Positions 13,464-24,240 of a stretch of 64,000 bases of DNA are shown one piece after another. This DNA is from Phaeosaccion multiseriatum (Eukaryota > Protista > Ochrophyta, other classes). The stretch spans positions 930,001 through 994,000 of the forward strand of contig OZ218956.1 of assembly GCA_965112735.1 (NCBI GenBank), given 5' to 3'. The translations under genes were made by a program, and so were the position numbers. Position 1 is the first letter of the stretch. The number at the start of each line of letters is the position of its first letter. The notes under the pieces were generated by a model. The model was not told the origin of the DNA. It worked only from the letters and a program-made list of their open reading frames with translations, and made no database searches.

Positions 13464-13856
13464 GGAAGGGGTGTATTCTGGCTCGTTGCTGGCCTTGACA
13501 CTGCAGCAGAGCAGCCGCAACACGGGCAGTGTCCTGAATGTGGGCGCGCCGTTCTCCATCGAGAAGGAAGAAGCGGCAGCTGCGATGAGACTTAGCTGGC
13601 TTGCTTTATTTATTTCATTACTAGTCGGCCTTACATTAAGAAGGAAAAAAGCTTCTCTTCCTTCCCCTGAGCCTTGCAACATTTAAGAGCAGCATCTGTA
13701 TTACCAAGGCATCCGTTCCGTGCTTCTCAATTGTACCTCTGCCAGAGGCAAGACCGGCCTACAGCCGCTGGACTGCTTGCCTCCTCTCGTACGAATCCTT
13801 CCGCTTGGGAGCATCACTCGGCCCCCCGCCCTTGTGCTGCTAGGTGATGGCTCGTG

Positions 13857-15167
13857 TCAAATGGCAGGATTTCTGTGGAGGTACGGTAGATTGCTGACGG
13901 TGCTTTTCCCGTTAAGACGGGTGCCGCCATCCTCTTTCAGAAGGACGATTCGAGGGCTTGCAGTGCTCTCTTCCCTCAGCGCGTCTCTTCCCCCCACAGT
14001 CTCTGGCGCTGATTGCATTCTCTGCTGTTGCGTAGCCAAAATGTTCGTCTTGGCCCTGTCCGCAATGGCCGCCAGGCTCTTGGCGGAGTGCACGGACTTC
14101 ACGGAGGCACCTCCCTCACTGAGCATGCTCCTGGCGACGCTCATGGCGTCGTCATCATTGTCTTGGTTCCCTCCATGACACTCCTTGCTAGACTCAGCGA
14201 TGCAACGTAGGTTCGCATCTGTCAGACGGGCGATCTTTTCTGCCATACTGGCCTCATCGCCGCCCGCGCCCTCCCCCCCCTGTTGCTCCATCTGCCCACC
14301 ACCAACCCCTTTGGCTTCTGCTCGCTCCAACGCCTCTATTCTCGACCTGACCTGGTCAATCATCGCCTGCACCTCGCTGTCCTGAATGTACTTGTCAAAA
14401 TCAAGCCCCTTTGTGAAGTTCAAGAGTGCCTGAAGCTCCTCGTCTTCTTGCTCCTCAGCCTTCTTTTCTGTGAGAGCCCACATGGGGCGCCTCCCGCCTT
14501 CGCTCCCCTCTGAGATTTTTGACTCTGCCGTGGCCGGGCCGGAACCAACCTCAATTTCCTCCTCCACTTTCTTAGCCATGGCCTCCCAGTCTTGCAGTGT
14601 GAATAGAGATTCGGTGAGCTCTGAGTCGCCGCCTTCGCTCTGTGCTGCGCCATCACCAGCTGCTGCCTCATCACCACCTTTGGCCTCTCCCGCGGGGCCT
14701 CGCCGAGCGGCAGCCCATTTCTCCCGCCGAATCAGCGCCTCTCTCTCCATGAAGCGCTTCTTCTTAGCTTCCTTCTCTGCCACCTGCACCAAATACGCTG
14801 CTTCCAACGCGTCCTTGGTTCTCTGCAAGTCTGCAAGCCACTTTCTGTGCCGGCCCAGTGCCGTCTCTTTAGGTGGGGGCGCGCCTTTCTTCCGCAGGGC
14901 AATGGCGTCTTTCTTCTTCGACGATGCTCCGCAAAAGCCTAGTTGGCTCTTCACTGTACCAGTCACAAAGGCACTGCTCCCCGCTGAACAACCACTCTCC
15001 TGGTGTTGAGCCACCGCCGCCGCCCCGGCAAAGGGCCTATTGCACAGCATCACCCCCTTGTAGTTGCCAATGCTCGGCCCCCCGTCCCCACCCATCGTCG
15101 AGTGAGAAGGGAAAGAAGGACGCTCCGACAGCATCATACCCTGAGCTGGGGAGGCCGTCGTTCCCAT
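13857..15167 (-). CDS. Uncharacterized coiled-coil protein
   Basis: Long uninterrupted ORF with motif-like blocks IGNYKGVMLCNRP, LDFDKYIQDSEV and C-terminal SNLPYLHRNPAI. Confidence 0.65.
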   Translation of the reverse strand: MGTTASPAQGMMLSERPSFPSHSTMGGDGGPSIGNYKGVMLCNRPFAGAAAVAQHQESGCSAGSSAFVTGTVKSQLGFCGASSKKKDAIALRKKGAPPPKETALGRHRKWLADLQRTKDALEAAYLVQVAEKEAKKKRFMEREALIRREKWAAARRGPAGEAKGGDEAAAGDGAAQSEGGDSELTESLFTLQDWEAMAKKVEEEIEVGSGPATAESKISEGSEGGRRPMWALTEKKAEEQEDEELQALLNFTKGLDFDKYIQDSEVQAMIDQVRSRIEALERAEAKGVGGGQMEQQGGEGAGGDEASMAEKIARLTDANLRCIAESSKECHGGNQDNDDDAMSVARSMLSEGGASVKSVHSAKSLAAIADRAKTNILATQQQRMQSAPETVGGRDALREESTASPRIVLLKEDGGTRLNGKSTVSNLPYLHRNPAI

Positions 15168-15271
15168 GCCTCTCTCTGGCGCCGCGCTCGGAGTGGTGGG
15201 GCCAAAAAACCCAATTGCAGAAAAACGAAACGTCGACAATTCCAATTTCCCAGAGGGGAACACAACTCATC

Positions 15272-16090
15272 ATGCTTGTGTCGCTGTCCCTTTGTTGTTT
15301 CCTGTTACCGATTCTCTTTTGCCTTATTCTGCCTGGGGTTCAGTCCTTCCTACTAGGCCAGGGGCGGTGGCCCCCCACCGCGCGTGCGACGGAGCGGAGG
15401 AGTCAGGCCTCCTCCCCCTTCGCTTCTTCCCCCTTGCGGTCGCCGAGAGCCACACAGGCCGGCTTCCCGTGGTCGGGCCGTGGGGCATGGGAGCTGAGTT
15501 CCTCGAGTGATGGGGAAAATGGTGGTGCAGGCAGTCAAAGTTTTCGCCTGGCGGTGATTGGAGAGGAAGGGACTGCAGATGTGGCGCGGGCATTGGCCAC
15601 GCAGTGCGACGCGAGAGTCACCACGCTAGCGGATTTACTGCAGCGAAAGAATCTGTCGGCGACTGCGGCAGCCGAAGATGTGTGCGCCACCGTTATAGAG
15701 TGGGCGAAAGAAAGCACCAAGTCGTGGGTCATCGAGGGGTTTCCAACGAGCGCTTACCAAGCCGAGCTTTTAGAGGACGCCGGGGTCCTGCTGGATAGGC
15801 TCGTCCTCATATACTCGCTCGGTGACGACTTTCAGGACTTTGCGATGGACGAGGAAGACGGCATGGTCGATTTGATGGATGAGAGTGGACAGTTCGACGT
15901 CGACGAGGAGGAGGAAGACGAGGAAGACTTCGAGTCCTCGGTCAACATTTCGGACGAGGACGGGCAACTTGTCGATCTCATCGAGATGTACGAGGACAAG
16001 CTCGTGGAGTGTCTTTTCGAGGACGACGCGGAGGTTGTGGCCAATACTATAATGGGCATTATCACGTACAACGAAACAGGCGAAGACTAA
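15272..16090 (+). CDS. Plastid-targeted adenylate-kinase-like protein with degenerate P-loop and acidic tail
   Basis: Signal peptide ...VQS-F; RLAVIG...VARALA...TTLADLLQ and WVIEGFPTSAYQAELL resemble the AK core (DGFPR). Confidence 0.55.
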   Translation: MLVSLSLCCFLLPILFCLILPGVQSFLLGQGRWPPTARATERRSQASSPFASSPLRSPRATQAGFPWSGRGAWELSSSSDGENGGAGSQSFRLAVIGEEGTADVARALATQCDARVTTLADLLQRKNLSATAAAEDVCATVIEWAKESTKSWVIEGFPTSAYQAELLEDAGVLLDRLVLIYSLGDDFQDFAMDEEDGMVDLMDESGQFDVDEEEEDEEDFESSVNISDEDGQLVDLIEMYEDKLVECLFEDDAEVVANTIMGIITYNETGED

Positions 16091-16153
16091 AAATGTTTGT
16101 ACTGATCTCTCTCTCTCTCTCTCTCTCTCCTCGTACTATTGCGAGTACAGGCT

Positions 16154-17035
16154 TTAGTTTCCTTGGCCTCGGTATCTGAAGGTTATTCTTCCCTTGGTCA
16201 AATCGTACGGGCTCAACTCCACCCGCACGGCATCTCCCACCAAGATGCGCACAAAGTTTTTCCTGATTCGGCCTGCGGACCCGGGATGCAAACAGACGAA
16301 AAGAGGGAAATAAGGCCCTGACACACAAACCTGGATGTGGGGGGTTGAAGTATCATCCTTCACCATTTTTTCCTCGACTTACCGCTGACTGATGAAAGGA
16401 CCAGCTGCTCGGTGCCCTGCAGCTCCACCCTGAACATGGCGTTGGGAAGCGACTCCTTCACCACCCCCTCCACCTCAATCACATCCGAATTTTTATTCTC
16501 CTGTGCGACGAGTCGTGGGGAACACGCCTTGTTAGCATATATATAGCAGGAGGAGGAAATACCCAGGGCTGCCAACCTGTGCTCCTAGCAACCCCCCCTC
16601 CCCCCTCGCTCCTCTACTCACTCTTGGTTTCCTCTCTACAGGAGTGTTGGCGACCTTCTTCTTCTTGGCGAACATTGTCGTCGCGCTACTCCTGATGCTG
16701 TCGCGTCCTCCACCGCTCCTCCATACCGCACTCTGCGCCAAGAATGGAGAGAACAAGCCGTAATCAGAGTCTGTTTACTATTTCCTGCAGCATCTCCCCG
16801 CAACGCTACCCTGCAGCACGGGGCGTACACTCACATAAGGTGTCCTTCCGAGCCCGAACGCCGCAGCTGCTGGTGGTGCTGCATGTGGAGCCTTGGCCCT
16901 CATGCTCAAGGATGGGCGGGCGGTTAGTGTACATGGTTTTGGGACAGTGTGGACTACGAAGGCATGGGAGGAAGCTAAGAATGCGAGGAGTACCGTGACT
17001 GCAAGAATGAGAGAGGAAACCCCAAGGCCGCGCAT
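16154..17035 (-). CDS. infA: Nucleus-encoded plastid translation initiation factor IF-1, multi-exon
   Basis: [20 protein letters not shown] and [35 protein letters not shown]; bipartite presequence ...SSHA-FVV. Confidence 0.92.
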
Positions 17036-17346
17036 GATGCTCGGTGAGTGAGTGGGAGGTTTCGCTGATGTCAACGAATGCCTCGAAAACGGGCCTAAAT
17101 TTTTTTATTAGGTTGCTCATGACGGCCGCCCACTTGCTGTGTCAACGGTCTTTTTGTTGCGCAGCGACTCTCTCTCCTGGCCCCTGGCGAGTACATGCAG
17201 AGGCCAAGCTTCCCGTCGATTCCTTGACAGGGTGAGTTATCGCACGAGCACGAGGGTGGTGCTTATTCATCCAGCACCTCCTTACCTTGCTCCTGACCAT
17301 TGTGCGCTTCCATTCATGTCTCAGCTCGGCATAGCTCCCTGCGGAC

Positions 17347-18228
17347 ATGACGGAGATTCCCGCAATCGTAGGTCCCCTGGTCACGTCAAGGAAGGCGCGC
17401 CCTTGCCCCACGTACTTTGAGGTGAGCCACCCCACCATCAACAGGAGAGCAGCGCACAAGTAGAAGCCTGTGGGCTCACTCCTGTTTGCATGCATGCCAC
17501 AGGTCGCGAGCCCGTCCAACCCCGGGCTAAGTGCCCTGGTGTTCAAGAATCACTACTGCCACCGGGTCTCCGTGAAGCAAGGCCGCAGAGTTGGCGACCA
17601 TAAGGAGTGGGTGACAGTACTCCTTGACTTTCCACTCATGAAGGTGCGTGCCAGTTTTTCGGGGCAAACGTGAATTTGCCGTTCGACTCATTGGTGCTGC
17701 TCCAAACTTGGGGCGTCCCCGTCTACATAGGACCCACACCACGAGGCCGACGCTCAGGATTGGCACGTACTCCCTGTCAACTTGTTTTCTGGGGCGTTTG
17801 ATCCCACGCTGACAACAGCCCCGTTGAGGATATATCTGCACCAGGTGAGGAGGGAGGAGAGGAGGGGGGTGGAAGGCACAGTTTGTCCTTTTGCAGAGCA
17901 CGTCGACGAGAAGGGCGGAGGTCACATTCAGCCCTTCGGCACAGTTTCAAGTCTCTAACCCTCATATGCTTGGCAGCCGTCTCCGATGTGGGCAACGGTG
18001 GAGCTTCGACACGTGAAGACCATTTCGGGCTGCCTTCCGTCGGGCGGGGCTCAGTGTCCCACCCCAGACAGGGCCACTTCGAAGGACCTCTCTGCTGCAG
18101 TTGCACCGCCAAGTGCTGACAGGTTTGCGGCACAAGGTCGCCCGCCTGCCCATGAGAGCGAACGAATTGAAGAGGACTGCAGAAAGCTATCCGCTCAGCT
18201 CCAGTTGATACGTACAGCGGGTGACTGA
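17347..18228 (+). CDS. NICN1: Nicolin-1-like (tubulin polyglutamylase complex subunit), multi-exon; 3' end uncertain
   Basis: Spliced exons give LVFKNHYCHRVSVKQ...EWVTVLLDFPLMK|DPHHEADAQDWHVL...LRIYLHQ, resembling NICN1 FKNYY...WVTCLRDYCLMPDPHSEEGAQ...LRLILRQ. Confidence 0.65.
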
Positions 18229-18884
18229 CAGTCACGGCTTTCTTTTTGTTGTTGAGGACCCTTTGCTTCTCCTTCGCCGCAGCCCAGCAACTCTCCTGAC
18301 AGCCTTGAGCTGTCATCCTTTGATTGGCAAGGGAAAGTAGGGAAGGGGGGGTGTTCGACTCCCGAATCATCCAGCTAGTGTAGCACTGAGACCCGAAAGG
18401 CAAGCAGAGAGGCGGACAAGCCAAGAATCTGCGATAGTTCACCCGGCCTAGAGGCGTGACGCATCACTCTGAAGGGGCCGACGCCTGGCCTCAACAGCTT
18501 TGGTTCACAAAAAGCGTGCGCTGACATGAAGGCCTACCTACAGAGCAGGAAAAGGCCCCCCTGCTATGCTTGAGTGTGGTTGACCGCGCTCTGATGGAAC
18601 CCGTCAGCGCAGTGTCGTTTCTGTGAGGAGTGTACGTAGCGCGATGCGGAGGTTGGGACACGGCGCTGATGATGTGGTGCAGGTGTACACCGAGGCTTAA
18701 TCTCGATTGGGCCACGCCGCCACGCGATGAGGAACAATGGGGTAAGGAGTGAAGGCCGGCCAGCTCTCTTCCTCTCCCCAAGCCCAATAACAGCAACAGT
18801 CTAGTGTGTTTATTTATTTTTTATCCGCGAAGAAGCCTTTCTTTCTAAAATCTAATACGTTCAGTAGACTATACAGCGGAAAAC

Positions 18885-20788
18885 TTACACCAAAAGGGGT
18901 TGCGGGCGAATCAAAGACGGCCACTGGTACCTGAAGCGCTGGTCCTGCACACTAAGAGTGTACTGTCCCAGGCAGTGTTCAATAACTGAAGCGGCCGTTC
19001 TTTTGGCGAAATGTGCCGCTCCAGGGATGGATCCGCTGCCTACCCCGTTCCAGTTGCCGTAGCCCAAGGCATATACGCCGCTGCACAGCTTGCCATCGCT
19101 TCCAGGTTGGACCGGCATCTCGCCCTTGAGGTTTTGGGAAAGACCCAGCGAGCCTAAATGGCAGGTATTGGAGTTATAGCCTGTGGCCCAAATGATGGCA
19201 TCCACGTCCATGGAGGAACCGTCCGCCCACCCGACGCCTGTCGGGGTGACGCGGTCGAACATGGTCCTGTGCGAGTCATACACGCCACGCTCCTGTGTGG
19301 GATGCAAGAGCAGGTAGACGTGAGGGTCGGGCCGTAAGAGGCAACAAGGCACACACACAAGCAACACATTCTCTCACCTTCGCAGTGCGCACAGGGTCTA
19401 CTTGAATAATCTTGGACAGAGAAGGAATGTCTTCCTCCCGGATGGCTCCATGTTGCGCCTTGCGTAGCGCGGCAACTGCCTCAAAAACGTCTTTTCCGCT
19501 CATCTCAGGGGGGAGAAAAGAGGGGGGCTCCATGGTGACCCAGGTGGCGCTGGCGGCAGTGGGGGCCACCTCGGCCAGCACCTGTGCTCCGCTGTTTCCC
19601 CCGCCCACCACCGCCACGCGTTTGCCTTGGAAAAGCTCGGGGTGGCGGTAGTCTGCAGTATGGAGCTGTTGCCCCTCGAACGTAGACAGGCCCTTCACGG
19701 ACGGCGCAAACGGGCTAGAGTGCGTTCCCGTTGCGCTTACTACGGCCTTGGCCTCAAATCTTTGGGGGCGCGAGGCAACAAAAAAGAGTTTAGATGGCCG
19801 CCGGTCAAACACAACACAAAGGCGGCAGCAGGGGAGGAAGTCGTCCTTCCCCCGGCAATTACCTGAGGCAATGACCCCTGTCTTCTTTCCCCTGCCCAAC
19901 CACGTCTACCACCAGCGAGCTGCTGCCTCGAGAGCGTGCCACGCGCTGAACCTTGACCGAGCGCTGAACGTTTAGCCTGCGCGGTAAGTGGGTGGGTTCG
20001 GCGTTAGATCCCGCTATGCCTGCTTGATCACTTCCTCCCTGCCAAGCAAGAGATGCGGGGGGTGAATCGTAAATAACAGCCCCACCTATACAGGGCACAC
20101 CCGGGGAAGCCATCCCAAAGTAGGGGCACTGGGCGCGGATAGGGCTACACATACGAACTACACAATGTAGGGACCCAGCCAGACCTACATTAAGGTTCTG
20201 AGGGCTGTCCAGGAGGATCGGTGGTAGGGCGGGATGGAGGACCCCACACCAGGGGCTACACACGAGCACACACACACATACACACACGCGCGCACACACA
20301 CATACACAAACATACACACACATATACACACAGTTCTCTCCGGCAACTCACCTGTTGGCCACCTCGTACTGCGCGAGATAGTGAGCAAACTCAGCAGCTA
20401 AGGGATAACCGTCCGGTTCGCCGGGCATGGGATACCCCGGGAGCGAGCTCCAGCGGCGTGTTGAAAAGAGGCGGAGAGAGGGCCATCTTGTGCCCCACGC
20501 GCCGCCAGGGACATCGTTGCTATCCAAGATCACATACGAAAGCTTGCGCGCCCGGCCGGAACCAAGCCCGGTTTGCTTCTCCAAGTAGTGGCCCACCGCC
20601 TGCCCCGCCTGCCCACCACCAATGATGACCACATCGACTTCTCGGCTTGCGGACGTTTGGTCTTGGAGGACACTTCGGTAGACGCTGGTGCTGCTGCGGC
20701 TGCTGCGGCTACTCCTCCTCTTGCTGCTACTGCCCCGAAGCCACCCACGAGCTTGTGCTGCTACAGGCCCGCATCGAGATGGGCTCAT
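18885..20788 (-). CDS. ArsO/TrkA-like NAD(P)H-dependent flavin-containing monooxygenase, multi-exon
   Basis: DVVIIGGGQAG (FAD), GGAWGTRWPSLRLFS, VVSATG, FEGQQLHTADY (FMO motif), VVGGGNSGAQVLAEV (NADPH), DAIIWATGY and GYGNWNG. Confidence 0.88.
20267..20331. repeat. Imperfect (CA)n microsatellite in an intron of the monooxygenase
   Basis: cacacacacatacacacacgcgcgcacacacacatacac... Confidence 0.85.
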
Positions 20789-21147
20789 TTAATGGGCCTA
20801 CCCCTTCCTCCCCTTACTAAAGACTTCCTTGCTTTCTCTCCACGTCAGCACATTGACTAAAAAGTGTCAGCCGAAACCTAGCATCCCGCAAATTCCTCCG
20901 CCGCTGAAGCGTTCCTCGATGCCTACCAGTCTCCTCCTGCCAAGTTCTCCTTTCTTGAGGGAGGAAAGGATAGAGAAGGGAGAAGGAGGAGGAAGTGCGG
21001 TGCCATCTTTTTGAATTTTAGTTTAGCATCGCGTGGTTTATTTTTTTTCTCTTCCCCAACCGTTACCATCTTCTCTTCTTCTTGTTATGATACTGCTTGC
21101 TTACCTTGCTTTGCACGTTTAGTTTATCCTTTTTAGTCTGCTCCACG

Positions 21148-21644
21148 ATGTCCGGCGGTAGCGGCGGCCGGTGGACCTGGAAGACGTCATTGAAATCGAA
21201 GCTATCCTTTAGTAAGAGGAAGAGGCGGTCAGCCCTGTCAGGCGCGGAGAGGGGTGAGGCGCCGGCGCCTCCTCCAGTGGCCGGAGCAACTCGTGCGCAT
21301 GTAGAGGACAGGGAGCAGCAAGGAGGAGATTCGGGACCGGCGTTGGCCTGGTCTGCGAGCGGAGGTACCAGCGACTGGGGGCCGTCTGCAGCGGGTGCGC
21401 CGCAAAACAGCAAACACAACTGGATCTGCACCAGCGCCTCTAACTTGATCAGGAGGGGCAAAGTACGTCCGGGGCGATGGAAGTGGGGCAATCGACTCGC
21501 AAGGGGGTCCGTCGGAGAGGTCTACCAAGGGCTCAACGAGGTCACGGGAGAGCTCATTGTGATCAAGGTCTGTTTAGTTTTGGGTACCCGTACTGCAGAC
21601 CCTGCCTTGGCCATGAGTCGAGGCCCTTGTTTGCTCTCTGCTAC

Positions 21645-21676
<32 letters not shown>

Positions 21677-22170
21677 ACGCCCACCGCTTGTGTCTTTGCC
21701 CGCACTTAGGTGCTGTCTTTCGTGCAAAATGACGTCCGAAATCCGGAGGAGGTGTACCAAGAGGTGAACCTCATGCGGCACTTCTTTCATCCCAATATTG
21801 TCTGCTACCTGGGTGCGGAGCTCCGCATGGACCGTGGCGTGTTGTGCATCTTCCAAGAGTGGGTGCCTGGGGGAAGTGTGACCTCTCTCTTGGACAAGTT
21901 TGGGCCGTTTTCGGAGGCAATGACTAGGAGATATACACGGCAGGTGAGGAAACTTTTTTGATCTTTCTGTGGGGGCGAAGCATGTCCGCCCTGACCACAA
22001 CACATACCTCCTCCCAACAGGTCCTCGCGGGTCTGGAGTACTTGCACGACCAGGCCGTGGTGCATAGCGACATCAAGGGAAGCAACATTCTCGTGGACGA
22101 CAGGGGTGTGGTGAAGCTGGCGGATTTTGGGGCGTCGCAGGCCATGTGTCCCGAGGCGCTTGTTCAAGTT

Positions 22171-22207
<37 letters not shown>

Positions 22208-23377
22208 TCCCCACAGACGCCCAAGAGGGGGGCGGGGGCAAGTCTGATGCGCGTTGCCCCCCGGATCATTTGCCCCCGTCCAACGTGCTCCGGGGTACTC
22301 CTTTCTTCATGGCCCCAGAGATTCTGATGAGGAAGTGCCATGGTCTGAGCGTCGATATCTGGGCCCTGGGCTGTGCTGTGACGCAAATGGTGACGGGCCT
22401 CCCGCCATGGTAAGCTGATCCCATTCTCGCTCCTCCCCAAGGCCGTGTTGTGTTACTGAGTAAAACCTGACCACTTCTTCGTGTGTGTATCGTGTCCAGG
22501 TTGGGCATACCCCACATCACCACGCCAATGGCGCTGCGGCGCATGATGGAGAACAATTGGGGCATCATGCCTCGCCTGCCTACAAACATCTCACCGTCGC
22601 TTCTCAGCTTTATCCAAAGCTGCTTCAATTGGGACCCCACGAAACGGCCCACCGCAGGTACGTAGGTTGGTGGGACGTGTGACATTCGTCAGCGCTGTGA
22701 ATTAATTTTGCGCCTTGCTCGTCCATTCATGTCGGATAATTGCTCGCCTCAAACAATCACCCACCACCAGTGGAGGCTTCGAGAGCACCCTTCCTAAGCG
22801 AGACGGACGAAGAGGAGGAGAGCAGCGGACATGGCTATGATGGACACTGGTCGGGCAAGTTGTTCCAGCAGGACCCGCAACAGGAGCAGGAGCCGCTTGC
22901 CAATGATTCGGAGACAACGAGCGTCGCGAGTGGCCTTTCTCAAGACAAATTGGATGAAAGCAGCAGCTACAGGGATGATGATGTTATTGCCAATGTGACG
23001 CTGAATAGTATTCGGGCGGCCTTTATTCGCCAAAAGAGTCGCTCTTTGGATCACGCGCGTCTTTTTGACGTGACAGACCGTCCGCAAACGTTTGCTTGGG
23101 AGAAGGACCGGCAACGGCATCAACTGCCTGCTCACCACTACCCGGAGGCTGTGAGACCCTGCCCCAATGACAGGCGGCGAAGCGAGGCGGAGGTGTATCA
23201 TCTCCAGAAGCAACACCGGAAGCAAGGCCGCCACAGGATGGACAATGTCCAGATGGACTTCTCTGGGAGCCCACGGGTGACCTCCAAGCAACAGCACGCA
23301 ACCGGGATGGGGCCCCGCCTCTCGAGAGAATTCAAGTACAGCGCACCAAAGCCAAGGAGGAAAAACCTCAACAACAA

Positions 23378-23416
<39 letters not shown>

Positions 23417-23431
23417 TAACAGCAGCAATAA

Positions 23432-23463
<32 letters not shown>

Positions 23464-24179
23464 GCAACAGCAGTAGTATATGTAGCAGCAGTAGCGGCAG
23501 CAAAGGCAACAGCATCACCCACAGCAGCAGCAGTGGCAGTGGGTGTGGTGTTGCCTGCACAAACGTTGAATTGAGGGAAATGGAGGGGCCCCTAATAGCT
23601 TCTGGAGAGGAGCCATCATGGGGAATGAGGGCTGGCGACGAAGAGCAGCGCACAAGACCTCCAAATCCTTTCAGCGGAAGAGTACTCAAGCAGCCGTTCG
23701 GTAGTCGAGGCGCACAAATGTCCCCCTCGTCAAGGCTCCCTCAAAGCTCTCCTGCTGAAAAGCAAAGTTCTGGAGGAGAGCTGGGAGGGCGCGTTTGGCG
23801 GCGAGTCTCCAGCAGCAGTGGCAGTAGCAGGAGCAGCAGTAGACACGACTCGCCGTCTTCTTTTCAGTCTGCAGGGCGTGGTGGGGTGGAGCAATGGAGG
23901 CAGTCGCAAAGGCGGCAAAGAGTTCAGGAGGAGCCTACATCACCAAGAGACGTTACAGCACGCCACTCCAACCCCCAGCACCAATCCCACTCAGAGGACT
24001 ACAAGACGAAGGCCGGACACCGCAGCAGACCCGTGCAAGAAGAAGAAAGCGCCTGGAAGCGCGGCGGGAGCACGGCGAGGAAAAGTAGCAGCAGCCCAAG
24101 CTTGCCCTCCACCGACGACTTGTCAGCCCCAAAGAGCGGCCATTCCAAGAAGTTTCGAATGGCTTCCTCCTTCCTCTGA
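21148..24179 (+). CDS. STE11/MAP3K-family Ser/Thr protein kinase with long low-complexity C-tail, multi-exon
   Basis: [83 protein letters not shown] and DIWALGC. Confidence 0.9.
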
Positions 24180-24240
24180 TCAAGGGTCAATAATTTTTTT
24201 TTTCTCTCTCATTTCTACTGACTCCTTACTACACACCCTA

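Noticed and set aside
22794-23689. Poly-Ala/poly-Leu minus-strand ORFs
   Set aside because: Antisense shadows of the AGC/AAC trinucleotide repeats in the MAP3K tail
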